Made by a program: the position numbers and the translations under genes. The notes under the pieces are model-generated. The model was not told where the DNA came from. It did not search any database and saw only the letters and a program-made list of their open reading frames with translations. A stretch of DNA of 64,000 bases, taken from positions 49,317 to 113,316 of the forward strand of contig JAMOWA010000045.1 of NCBI GenBank assembly GCA_027061805.1, in the 5' to 3' direction. Every line of letters starts with the position of its first letter. Within the stretch, counting starts at the first letter, position 1. The stretch comes from Thermoanaerobaculia bacterium. GTDB lineage: Bacteria; Acidobacteriota; Thermoanaerobaculia; Thermoanaerobaculales; Sulfomarinibacteraceae. Shown here in pieces: positions 1 to 8,230 of the stretch.

Positions 1-144
1 GCCGTAGGGCAGCCGGGCGGTGTCGCCCAGGTAGAGGAAGGACTCCCCGGGCAGCCTCCTGCGGAGCGCCCGGAGCACGGTGAGCCCACCGACGCCCGAA
101 TCGAAGATCCCGATGGGACGGCGGCCTGCGATCCGCTCCTTCAT
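1..144 (-). CDS. murI: glutamate racemase, N-terminal 48 codons only (gene runs off the window start)
   Basis: Reverse-strand translation from the ATG at 144 reads [48 protein letters not shown]. This is the canonical MurI N-terminus (FDSGxGGLTV ... GDxARxPYG). ATGA start/stop overlap with the upstream gene. Confidence 0.85.
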   Translation of the reverse strand, partial: MKERIAGRRPIGIFDSGVGGLTVLRALRRRLPGESFLYLGDTARLPYG

Positions 145-704
145 GAGGACGCGATGAGCCCCTTGTTCACGGGGAGGGGCCTCGAGAGGTCCAGGTGACC
201 GGTGAGCGTGGGGATCTCCTTCCCGTCCAGCAGGACCTGGAGCCGGTGGAGCTCGGGGCAGTTGAGGAGCACCGAGTTGACGATGCTGTAGGCGGTCATG
301 AGCTCCACGTTGCTCCCGGCCAGAGGGGCCCGCGGCCCCGTGAGGTCCACGTAGGCGGTTCCCCTCCCATCCACGAAGACCTCCAGGAGCTCGCAGGGCC
401 AGGGGACGGCGTCCAGGAGGTCCGCGCGGCCACCGGGCCCCTTCAGGAGCTCCCCGACCACCACCCCGGCCCTCTGGTCCAGCTCGGCGGGAAGGGCCAC
501 GGTCCGGAGCACGGGGTGCAGCCGCCCGTCCCGACCGGGGAAGAGCAGCATGATGCGCTGTTCCGGGGCGGGCGTGGGGGTGGGCAGGGCCTCCACGGCA
601 GCCGGAGGGGAGCTCAGACGGGCTCCCCCGGGGCGAAGCGCCCACCACACGAGCCCGGCGAGGATCACCAGGGCTGCGATGATGAGGACGGCCCGGCGGT
701 TCAT
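141..704 (-). CDS. GerMN-domain (sporulation/germination-like) membrane-anchored protein
   Basis: 187-aa ORF with an N-terminal TM anchor ([17 protein letters not shown]). The body ([11 protein letters not shown] ... AYVDLTG ... [29 protein letters not shown]) resembles GerMN domains. ATGA overlaps on both sides indicate an operon with the amidase and murI. Confidence 0.65.
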   Translation of the reverse strand: MNRRAVLIIAALVILAGLVWWALRPGGARLSSPPAAVEALPTPTPAPEQRIMLLFPGRDGRLHPVLRTVALPAELDQRAGVVVGELLKGPGGRADLLDAVPWPCELLEVFVDGRGTAYVDLTGPRAPLAGSNVELMTAYSIVNSVLLNCPELHRLQVLLDGKEIPTLTGHLDLSRPLPVNKGLIASS

Positions 705-2140
705 GACCCCGACCGCAGGAATTCCTCGATCCCGGCGGCCAGGGCCTCGGCCAGCCGTTGCTGGTACGCGGGATCGGTGAGGCGGTGGGCCTCACCGGGG
801 TTCGACAGGAAGCCGACCTCCACCAGTGCCGCGGGCATGGTGGCCCCCGTGAGCACCACGAAGGGGGCCTGCTTCACCCCGCGGTCCGGGAGGTCGAGCA
901 GCGAGTTGAGGCGGTGCTGGATGTCCAGCGCCAGCCGGGCGCTCCTGTTGAGCACCTCGGCCTGGGCCATGTCCCAGAGGATGAGGTCGAGGGCCGAGCC
1001 ACCATGCGTCCCGCCGCCCGCGGCGTTCTCCACCCTGGCCACGGCCGCCGCCGTGTCGTCGGAGGCGTCGTCGAGGCTCATGTAGTAGGTCTCGGCACCG
1101 CGGGCCGAGGCGGCGCGGGAGGCGTTGGCGTGGAGGGAGACGAACACGCTCGCCTCCAGCCTGTTGGCCAGGGCGGTCCTGTCCGTGAGGGCCCGGCTCT
1201 CGTCGCCGGTCCTGGTCAGGCGGACCGCGTGCCCGTGGGCCGAGAGGATCCGGGCGAGGCGGCGGGCGACGGCCAGGGTCACGTCCTTCTCACGGATCCC
1301 GTCGCGGGAGATCGCCCCGGTGTCGTCGCCACCGTGTCCGGGATCGATGACCACCGGCCGGACCGAGGGCTTCCGGATGGGGGGCTGCGCCGCGGCCGCG
1401 GGAACGGGGGTCGGGGTGGGGAGGCGCTCCCCCAGCTCGAGGATCACCCGCGGGGGGCCCTCCAGCGTGTGCCACGACAGCAGGCCGACGCCGGGGGGCA
1501 GCGTGATCTCGAGACCGCGCGCACCCACCTCGATGGAGCGGACCCGCCGCGAACGGAGGGGGATGGACCGGTCGAGACGCGGGGCGGCATCCTCCAGAGC
1601 GAGGTCGATGCGGCCGGCGCTCTGGGTCACGCTGGCGGTCGCCGGCCGCTCCAGGGTGAGCACGAGGGTGGTGGTGGCCCCGAAGTCCGCGGCGGCCGCG
1701 CGCACCAGCAGGGGCCGACCCACCCGGGGACCGGCCACGATGCGGTAGCCGTCGTCCAGCGGCTCCAGGTGGAAGCCGAGGGGACCGAGCAGGCCCTTCT
1801 CCAGGAAGCCCACCGTGGCCAGCACACCGCCCTGGGGGGAGGAGGCCGGGGTCTCGGGGAACTCCAGGAGCTCCCCGTTGGCGAGCACGAAGTGGTGATC
1901 CGGAGCGAACTGGAGCGTGGTGTCGCCGAGCTCCGCGGCCCAGGTTCCGGCCGCCGGGGAGTACCCCACCTCGGCCCCCACGAGCCGGAGCACGGGGACC
2001 ACGTCGATCCGGGATCCCAGCTGGGGCGTCGTGACCATGCGTCCGGAATACCGGAACTGGACCCCCGCGGTCTGTGCCGCGGCGGCCCCGGCGCCCAGGA
2101 GGATGGCGCCCATCACGAGAAGGGTCACGAATCGTCGCAC
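701..2140 (-). CDS. N-acetylmuramoyl-L-alanine amidase (AmiC-like, with AMIN-type N-terminal domain)
   Basis: C-terminal Amidase_3 motifs [28 protein letters not shown] and [19 protein letters not shown]. The ORF track extends to 2290, but that part overlaps the tmRNA. I chose the GTG at 2140, which gives [23 protein letters not shown], a good signal peptide. Confidence 0.85.
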   Translation of the reverse strand: MRRFVTLLVMGAILLGAGAAAAQTAGVQFRYSGRMVTTPQLGSRIDVVPVLRLVGAEVGYSPAAGTWAAELGDTTLQFAPDHHFVLANGELLEFPETPASSPQGGVLATVGFLEKGLLGPLGFHLEPLDDGYRIVAGPRVGRPLLVRAAAADFGATTTLVLTLERPATASVTQSAGRIDLALEDAAPRLDRSIPLRSRRVRSIEVGARGLEITLPPGVGLLSWHTLEGPPRVILELGERLPTPTPVPAAAAQPPIRKPSVRPVVIDPGHGGDDTGAISRDGIREKDVTLAVARRLARILSAHGHAVRLTRTGDESRALTDRTALANRLEASVFVSLHANASRAASARGAETYYMSLDDASDDTAAAVARVENAAGGGTHGGSALDLILWDMAQAEVLNRSARLALDIQHRLNSLLDLPDRGVKQAPFVVLTGATMPAALVEVGFLSNPGEAHRLTDPAYQQRLAEALAAGIEEFLRSGS

Positions 2141-2148
2141 AAGAAAAC

Positions 2149-2496
2149 TGGTGGAGGCGGTGGGAGTCGAACCCACGTCCGAGGAACTCCGGCCGACGGT
2201 GTCTCCGTGCGCAGCCCGCTGAGAACATCTCGCCTCTCGGGAGGGCAGCGGGCCCCCTTCCCTCGAGGCCAGCCCGTGTGTCTTGGTCACCGCTTCCGGG
2301 CGCCACGGTGACGCAGCCCGCCTGACAACGTCGAGCCCAGGCCGGCGGGCGGAGCCTCGGGCCCGACGTGGCTACTTACGCAGCCAGAGCGTAGTCAGCG
2401 TTGGCAGCTGTGTGGTTCCACCTGTTTTACGAGGCGGTGGACCTCGGCACGCTGCCGACGGCCGGACATGTTCCCCGTCGAACCCGGTACGCCCCC
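2149..2496 (-). ncRNA. ssrA: tmRNA (transfer-messenger RNA)
   Basis: The reverse strand starts GGGGGCGTACCGGGTTCGACGGGG (conserved tmRNA 5' end) and ends GGTTCGACTCCCACCGCCTCCACCA (T-arm plus encoded CCA). An internal tag ORF, GCC AAC GCT GAC TAC GCT CTG GCT GCG TAA, encodes ANADYALAA-stop (stop at 2376-2378). A TACAAT -10-like hexamer lies about 20 nt upstream (2514-2519, reverse strand). Confidence 0.92.
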
Positions 2497-2622
2497 TGGT
2501 TCAACGTTCATCCATTGTAACACCGGTGGGCCCCGCAATCATCCCGGGGGTCCTTGACGCGGGCCGGGCGGAATGCCATGCTGGGTCGGCCATCCACGCT
2601 GCTCCCGAAGGGAGCGTCATCC

Positions 2623-4170
2623 ATGTTCGCACGAGTTCTCGGTGCCACGCCCCGTGGCGTGGACGCCCTGTTCGTCACCGTGGAGGTGGATCGCCTGAGG
2701 GCCCAGCTGCCCTCGGTCACCGTGGTGGGCCTGCCCGACACGGCGGTGCGCGAGGCCAGGGAGCGGATCCTGGCCGCCGCACGCCGGATGGGCCTGCCGC
2801 CGGAGCCCGCCAACATCGTGATCAACCTCTCGCCTGCCGACGAGCGCAAGGAGGGAGCGTCGCTGGACCTGCCCATGGCCGTGGCGTTCCTGGCCGCGGC
2901 CGGCCTGTTGCCCCCGGAGGTGGCCGGGGGGGTGCTGCTGGTGGGGGAGCTCTCCCTGGAGGGCCGGCTCCTGCCCGTTCGCGGCGTCCTGCCCATGGTC
3001 CTGGCGGCGCGCCGGAGGGGCCTGGAGGCGGTGATCGTCCCCCGGGCGAACGCCGACGAGGCCGCGGTGGTGTCCGGGGTGCGGACGCTTCCGGCGGAGA
3101 GCCTTGGCCAGGTGGTGCGCCACCTCGGCGGCTCGGACCCGCTCGAGCCCCATCCCCGGCCCGAGGGGGACGGCTCGCCGCTCGACCCCCTGCCCCTCGA
3201 CCTGGCAGACGTGGTGGGCCAGGAGGCCGCCCGGAGGGCCCTGGAGGTGGCGGCCGCCGGTGGCCATCACCTGCTCTTCATGGGACCGCCGGGATCGGGG
3301 AAGTCCATGCTGGCGCGGCGTCTCCCGGGCATCCTGCCGGAGCTGGACGACGACGAGGCCCTGGCAACCACCTGCGTCTACTCGGTCTCCACCAGGATCC
3401 CGAGGCCCCGGGGCCTGATCCGCAGGAGGCCCTTCAGGGCACCCCACCACACGATCTCCACGGCGGCACTGGTGGGGGGAGGCTCCAACCCGCAGCCGGG
3501 AGAGATCTCGCTGGCCCACAACGGGGTGCTCTTCCTGGACGAGCTCATGGAGTTCCGGAGGGACGTGCTGGAGTCCCTCCGCCAGCCCCTGGAGGACGGC
3601 CGGGTGACCATCGCCCGGTCCAGGACGGCCCTCACCTTTCCGAGCCGGTTCCAGCTCGTGGCGGCGGCCAACCCCTGCCCGTGCGGATACCTCGGGGAGA
3701 CGAGCCGGGAGTGCGTCTGCACGCCCGCCATGATCCACCGTTACAGGTCCCGCCTCTCCGGGCCCCTGGTGGACCGGATCGATCTCCAGGTCCTCGTGCC
3801 CCCCGTGCCGTGGCGGGAGCTCTCCGACTCGCGGAGAGGTGAGCCGTCCGACGCCGTGAGGCGAAGGGTGGCGGCTGCCCGCCGGCTCCAGGCCCGGCGC
3901 ATGGCGGACACGGGGCTCGGCTGCAACGCGGCCATGGGCCCCCGGGAGATCGAACGGTGGGCGCGGCCCGACGGGGCGGGGAAGCGGTTGATGGAACGGG
4001 CCGCCTCGACGCTGGGGCTCTCGGCGAGGGCCTTCCACAGGATCCTCAGGGTGGCCAGGACACTTGCGGATCTGGAGGGCTCGGAGAAGGTGGCGGTGCA
4101 CCACGTGGCCGAGGCCATCTCGTGGCGGGCACTGGACCGGGAGGATCTTCCCAGGGCCGCCGGAACATGA
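2623..4170 (+). CDS. yifB: YifB/ComM-family Mg-chelatase-like AAA+ ATPase
   Basis: Start taken at MFARVLGATPRGVDALFVTVEVD. Motifs seen: VVGLPDTAVREARERI, Walker A MGPPGSGKSM, LFLDELMEF, and a Cys-rich AANPCPCGY...CVC segment. Family-typical length of about 515 aa. Confidence 0.9.
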   Translation: MFARVLGATPRGVDALFVTVEVDRLRAQLPSVTVVGLPDTAVREARERILAAARRMGLPPEPANIVINLSPADERKEGASLDLPMAVAFLAAAGLLPPEVAGGVLLVGELSLEGRLLPVRGVLPMVLAARRRGLEAVIVPRANADEAAVVSGVRTLPAESLGQVVRHLGGSDPLEPHPRPEGDGSPLDPLPLDLADVVGQEAARRALEVAAAGGHHLLFMGPPGSGKSMLARRLPGILPELDDDEALATTCVYSVSTRIPRPRGLIRRRPFRAPHHTISTAALVGGGSNPQPGEISLAHNGVLFLDELMEFRRDVLESLRQPLEDGRVTIARSRTALTFPSRFQLVAAANPCPCGYLGETSRECVCTPAMIHRYRSRLSGPLVDRIDLQVLVPPVPWRELSDSRRGEPSDAVRRRVAAARRLQARRMADTGLGCNAAMGPREIERWARPDGAGKRLMERAASTLGLSARAFHRILRVARTLADLEGSEKVAVHHVAEAISWRALDREDLPRAAGT

Positions 4171-4253
4171 GGGGATCCATCGGTTGCCAGGATCGTGGCC
4201 GTGCGAGATTCCCGGGGGTGAAACCGGGACCGGGGTACGCGTAGAATCGAGGC

Positions 4254-6584
4254 ATGGTACCGATCGGTGGCCACGAGGAGCGCCTCGACAGGCTGCTCGC
4301 GCGAGTGCTCGGGACGCCCGTCTACCTGTCCCCCGGGGAGGCCCGGGGCGAGTGGCGGGGACTCTTTCCCGAGCTGGCCTCGGCCCTGCCTGCCCCCTAC
4401 CCGGTCTTCTCTCCGGACGAGGCCCGGGTCGTGGCGTGGGGATACCCCATCCTGGTGACCGAGAGCCTCGGACGGCTCCGGAAGGAGCTGTCGGAGCTCG
4501 TGGCGGCCGAGGTGACGTACCGCCTGGGAGGAGGGGTCGCGGGAGGTACCCGGAAGCAGAAGGTCATGACCTTCAGGGGGCGATTCCTGGAGGGTTCGCG
4601 GGTCCTGATGACCAACACACTGCTGGCGGACTACGGGCGGGGACTCTTCGAGGTCCTGGTCCTGCACCTGTCGCGTGAGATGGCCTCGGCGGTCTCCGGA
4701 ATTCCCCGGGTTGCCCGGAAGAGCAGGCCCGACATCGGGCGGGATGAGGCGGGAGCGCTCCGGTTCACCGTGGCCTCCGTTCTTGCAGACCTGCTGCAGC
4801 GCTCGGGCCACGAGGCGGGAGACCAGCTCAGGGCCATGGCACGGACCGACATTCCGGTGCACCGTTCGCAGCTGCTCGCTGCCCTGTGCGCCGACGTGCT
4901 GCCCCTGGCGCTCACGCGGCTTCCGGAGCCCCACCAGTCCCTGGAGCCGTTCCTCAGGGCGAGAGGCTCGAGGGCACCGGAGGGGCTGCTCGGCCGCGCC
5001 GCGGGCGCCATGACGGCCCTGGCGGATGTCCTGGCCGTCCGGCAGGAGCTGGCCGCAGCGCTTCGCCTGATGGTGGGCGAGGAGTTCGACACCGGAAACC
5101 CGACGGCCTCGCTGCAGCCCCTCCTCTGGCGGGCACTCCGGGAGATGGGCATCCTGTCGCGTCTGGGGATCACGCCGGAGGAAAGCGAGATCCTGCAGGA
5201 GCTGGGCTTCATGCTCAAGCGCCTCGAGCTGGTGGTGGCGTTGCGGAGCTACCTCCGCCCCGTCCGCTCGGAGGGTACCGGGCTGTGCCTGGCCAGCACC
5301 CGCCCGCCCGTGCCCATCGCACGGTCCACCCGCCCCTTCGACTTCGCGAGACCCGGGGTGGTGGACACCGCCGTCCGGCGTTTCGGCCTCGTCTACGACC
5401 TGACCGCCTTCACGCAGACCCTCGAGATGGTCCGGCGGGAGGGGCGCCGGGCCGAGGAGAGGGCGCTCCGGTTCATGTTCGTGTTCCAGCAGAGGGTCGA
5501 GGAGATCCGGTCCCGTCACCGGCTGACCTTCGAGAAGTTCCTGGGGGACGGTGCCTTCTACTCCTCGCGTCGGGCCCTGACGACCCTCGTGGCCGCCGCA
5601 GAGATCCAGATGCTCTACGACGGTCTGCGGAACGAGGGGTTCCCCTTCGCTGCCGGGATCCGCATGGCCCTGAACTTCGGGACCTACCACCTCCTCCCCA
5701 TGCTCCAGACCGGTGGTGGGGCGGGCCGGTTCGAGTTCTTCGGGCACGGCGTGGTGGAGCTCGCGCGACTGACCACCGGGAAGAGCGAACGCGAGGTGGA
5801 GGAGATCGCCGAGTTTCTTGTCCACCAGGGGTACAGCCCGGCGGCCGTGGACGACTTCCTCTCGCCGCTCATGAAGGCCAGGGGTGGCCTGGCCCCGGAG
5901 AGCGACCGGCGGTACGTGGCGCGGCTGGACGCCCACGGCGAGCTCCACAACGAGGGCATCGTGCTGACCGCCGCCTTCGTGGAGGAGCTGGACCGGGAGC
6001 TGAGCGGCAGCACCCTCCTGGTGGCAGGGTCGGGTGGCACACCCTGGGTGGTGGTCCCCCTGGAGGAGGGTTCCTCGGCGCCGCTCTACCTGGGGCTGTC
6101 CTACCTCGGGGTCGCCCGGCTCAAGGGGCTTCCCCCGCTGGAGATCGCGGAGGCCATCGTGTGGCCCGGGGCACCGGCCCACGCGACCACGGCGCCCGCG
6201 GGCCAGCCCGTGCTCTCCCTCCTCAGGCGCCTGGCCACCCGGGACGAGGGTGACAGCCGGTCGGTGGAGCTGGAGGTCCCGCCGGACGTGGTGGTGGCCA
6301 CCTACCTGGACGCACGTGGCGAGCGGACGTGGCTCTTCGGACGCTACAGGGACAGTGACGACCTGCTGGTGGAGACCATCTCGGTTCCACTGAGGCCGCC
6401 CGACCTGGAGCGGGGTGAGCCCCTTGAGATGTGGCTCTTCCGCAACCGGCACGAGCTCTACCGGCTCTACGAGAGCCTGTGTCGCGGCGAGGAAGGGGGC
6501 GCCGCCGTCCCCCTGGAGTCCCTCCGCCGCAGGGACGGCTACCTGGGCTGCTTCCTCACCGCCCCGCACCGCGTTCCCGCCTGA
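4254..6584 (+). CDS. large hypothetical protein (776 aa) with a cryptic class III nucleotidyl-cyclase-like core
   Basis: Long ORF with balanced, non-repetitive composition. The antisense and alternate-frame ORFs here are R/P/G-rich and look like artefacts. Residues about 375-510 carry cyclase-homology-like motifs (GLVYDLTAFT, EKFLGDGAFY, GIRMALNFGTYHLL, FGHGVVELARL). No TM segment or signal peptide was seen. Confidence 0.6.
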   Translation: MVPIGGHEERLDRLLARVLGTPVYLSPGEARGEWRGLFPELASALPAPYPVFSPDEARVVAWGYPILVTESLGRLRKELSELVAAEVTYRLGGGVAGGTRKQKVMTFRGRFLEGSRVLMTNTLLADYGRGLFEVLVLHLSREMASAVSGIPRVARKSRPDIGRDEAGALRFTVASVLADLLQRSGHEAGDQLRAMARTDIPVHRSQLLAALCADVLPLALTRLPEPHQSLEPFLRARGSRAPEGLLGRAAGAMTALADVLAVRQELAAALRLMVGEEFDTGNPTASLQPLLWRALREMGILSRLGITPEESEILQELGFMLKRLELVVALRSYLRPVRSEGTGLCLASTRPPVPIARSTRPFDFARPGVVDTAVRRFGLVYDLTAFTQTLEMVRREGRRAEERALRFMFVFQQRVEEIRSRHRLTFEKFLGDGAFYSSRRALTTLVAAAEIQMLYDGLRNEGFPFAAGIRMALNFGTYHLLPMLQTGGGAGRFEFFGHGVVELARLTTGKSEREVEEIAEFLVHQGYSPAAVDDFLSPLMKARGGLAPESDRRYVARLDAHGELHNEGIVLTAAFVEELDRELSGSTLLVAGSGGTPWVVVPLEEGSSAPLYLGLSYLGVARLKGLPPLEIAEAIVWPGAPAHATTAPAGQPVLSLLRRLATRDEGDSRSVELEVPPDVVVATYLDARGERTWLFGRYRDSDDLLVETISVPLRPPDLERGEPLEMWLFRNRHELYRLYESLCRGEEGGAAVPLESLRRRDGYLGCFLTAPHRVPA

Positions 6585-6605
6585 ACCGCCCCCCCCGCCC
6601 GCCCG

Positions 6606-6626
6606 GTGAAGAGTGAAGAGTGAAGA
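6606..6626. repeat. short tandem repeat, GTGAAGA x3
   Basis: Direct reading of ggtgaagagtgaagagtgaagagg in the intergenic spacer between convergent genes. Confidence 0.9.
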
Positions 6627-6748
6627 GGCGAAGGGGGATGTGGTGCGTCCGCCTGGAGCGTGTGGCGGGCGCGTCAGCGGGGGGCGCCGCCGAGGAGGTC
6701 GAGGAGCTCCTCGGCCCGGCTCACCGGCCGCCTTCCGGGCCGGGGGGA

Positions 6749-8230
6749 TCAGAACGCAGCACCGGCCAGCCCCAGGAGCTGCTTCAGGTCGTCGTCGCCC
6801 CACCGGATGCCGGCACCAAGGGAGTACGACTGGCGCTCGGAGAATGCGAGGTCGTCCCACCCGGCCGAGAGGAAGATGTTCTGGTTGAGGAAGAACCGGC
6901 CCTCGATCCTGAGGTGGGGGCTGTCGCTCTCGGGCCGATCCCAGTCGAAGGCCTCGAGGATGAGCTGTGTCACGTGCTGCCCCACGTCGAAGCTCTGGTC
7001 CAGCCCGATGCCACCCTGACCCTCGAAGAGCCCCGCCCGGACAGTGGTCTTCGGGAAGAGCCGGAAGCCGATCTGGGCGTTGACGACGAAACGATCGTCG
7101 GTCTTGACGATCGTCCTGGTGTGGTAGCCGGTGGTCCCATCGGGGTACTCGTGGAGCACCTTCTCCGTGGTGACCCGGCGGCGGCCGTAGGGGGTGTGGG
7201 CGCCCTCGATCCGGAAGAAACGGTTGGTGCCCACCTCCCAGATGTCCAGCCCCACCGCCGAGCGACTCCTGTCGATCCGGGGGAGCGTCTCGGCACGGAA
7301 CCCCATGTCCAGACGGAACTTCTTCATGGTGAGGCGCTCGTTCAGCGTGTGGACACCGTCCCTGATGGAGGTGAGCGTCTCGTTGACGTTGTCCACCGTG
7401 GTCTCGTCGTTGACCAGCTTGCCGATGGTCCCCTCGCCGGTGGCGATCTTGGTGGTGATCACGTTGAGGTTGTCCGCGGAGACCTTCAGGCGCTCGGAGA
7501 TGTCCCGGATGTTCGACAGGGAGGCGCGGACGTCGGTGCGGTTCTCCACCACCACGCCGTCGAGGTTGTCGGCGAGGGTGTTGATCTTCTCGGCGATCCG
7601 CGGGAGCTCGTCCCTGAGTGTGGCCGAGAACTCGCGGAAGTTGGCCATGGTGGCGTTCACGTTCCCCTGGTTCTGCTCGATGAGCACCCGGAGCGTCGCC
7701 GTGAGCTGCTCGATGTTGTCCACGATCTCGGTGAGCTTCTCGGCCCCCTGCTGGCCGCCGACGGACCGGCGCAGCGCCTCGGTGACCTCCTTGACGTCCG
7801 CCCCGATGTCGGAGGCCGCCTTGAGGACCTGGTCGAAGGTGGGAGGTGCCGTGCCGGACAGCTCGGTACCGGGGGGGAGGAGAGGCGCGGTGGGATCGCC
7901 GGGCAGGATCTCCACGTACTTGTCGCCCAGCATCCCGAGGCTCGTCACGCGGACGGAGGCCCCCCGGTGGAGCTCCACGTCGGGATCGAGCGACAGGGTC
8001 AGGACGGCCTGCCCCCCCTCCAGACGGATCTCCTCCACCTTGCCCACCCGGACCCCTGCAATCCGGACGTCCGCCTTGCGGTCCACACCGGCCACGGTGG
8101 GAAACCGGGCCTCCACCTGGAGCCGCTCGCCGCGTTCCCCGATGGGAATGTCCTCGATCTTGATGATGAAGAGGCCCAGTATCACCAGGCCGATCAACAT
8201 GAAGAGCCCGATCCGTGCCGCGGGTGTCAT
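6749..8230 (-). CDS. MlaD/MCE-domain protein with long helical region and beta-barrel-like C-terminal extension
   Basis: N-terminal TM (IGLFMLIGLVILGLFII) followed by an MCE domain (FPTVAGVDRKADVRIAGVRVGKVEEIRL ... LGDKYVEILPGD). Next comes about 170 aa of helical repeat-like sequence. The last 190 aa or so show amphipathic beta-strand patterns and end in ...GLAGAAF. ATGA overlap with the upstream ATPase gene. Confidence 0.85.
   Translation of the reverse strand: MTPAARIGLFMLIGLVILGLFIIKIEDIPIGERGERLQVEARFPTVAGVDRKADVRIAGVRVGKVEEIRLEGGQAVLTLSLDPDVELHRGASVRVTSLGMLGDKYVEILPGDPTAPLLPPGTELSGTAPPTFDQVLKAASDIGADVKEVTEALRRSVGGQQGAEKLTEIVDNIEQLTATLRVLIEQNQGNVNATMANFREFSATLRDELPRIAEKINTLADNLDGVVVENRTDVRASLSNIRDISERLKVSADNLNVITTKIATGEGTIGKLVNDETTVDNVNETLTSIRDGVHTLNERLTMKKFRLDMGFRAETLPRIDRSRSAVGLDIWEVGTNRFFRIEGAHTPYGRRRVTTEKVLHEYPDGTTGYHTRTIVKTDDRFVVNAQIGFRLFPKTTVRAGLFEGQGGIGLDQSFDVGQHVTQLILEAFDWDRPESDSPHLRIEGRFFLNQNIFLSAGWDDLAFSERQSYSLGAGIRWGDDDLKQLLGLAGAAF

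Noticed and set aside
2100-2560. A possible genomic island integrated at the tmRNA gene, since ssrA 3' ends are frequent integration sites.
   Set aside because: No integrase, no direct repeat of the ssrA 3' end and no compositional break are visible on either side. The neighbours are core cell-wall and yifB-like genes.
3741-6860. Very long alternate-frame and antisense ORFs from the track. Examples are 3741-6860(-) at 1039 aa, 24695-29824(-) at 1709 aa, 758-2311(+), 2283-3842(+), 9729-11333(+), 48297-50132(-) and 62311-63906(-).
   Set aside because: They overlap genes with unmistakable conserved motifs in another frame. They are dominated by Arg/Pro/Gly/Ala, as expected when stop codons are rare in very GC-rich DNA. 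They show no recognisable motifs. I treat them as compositional artefacts.
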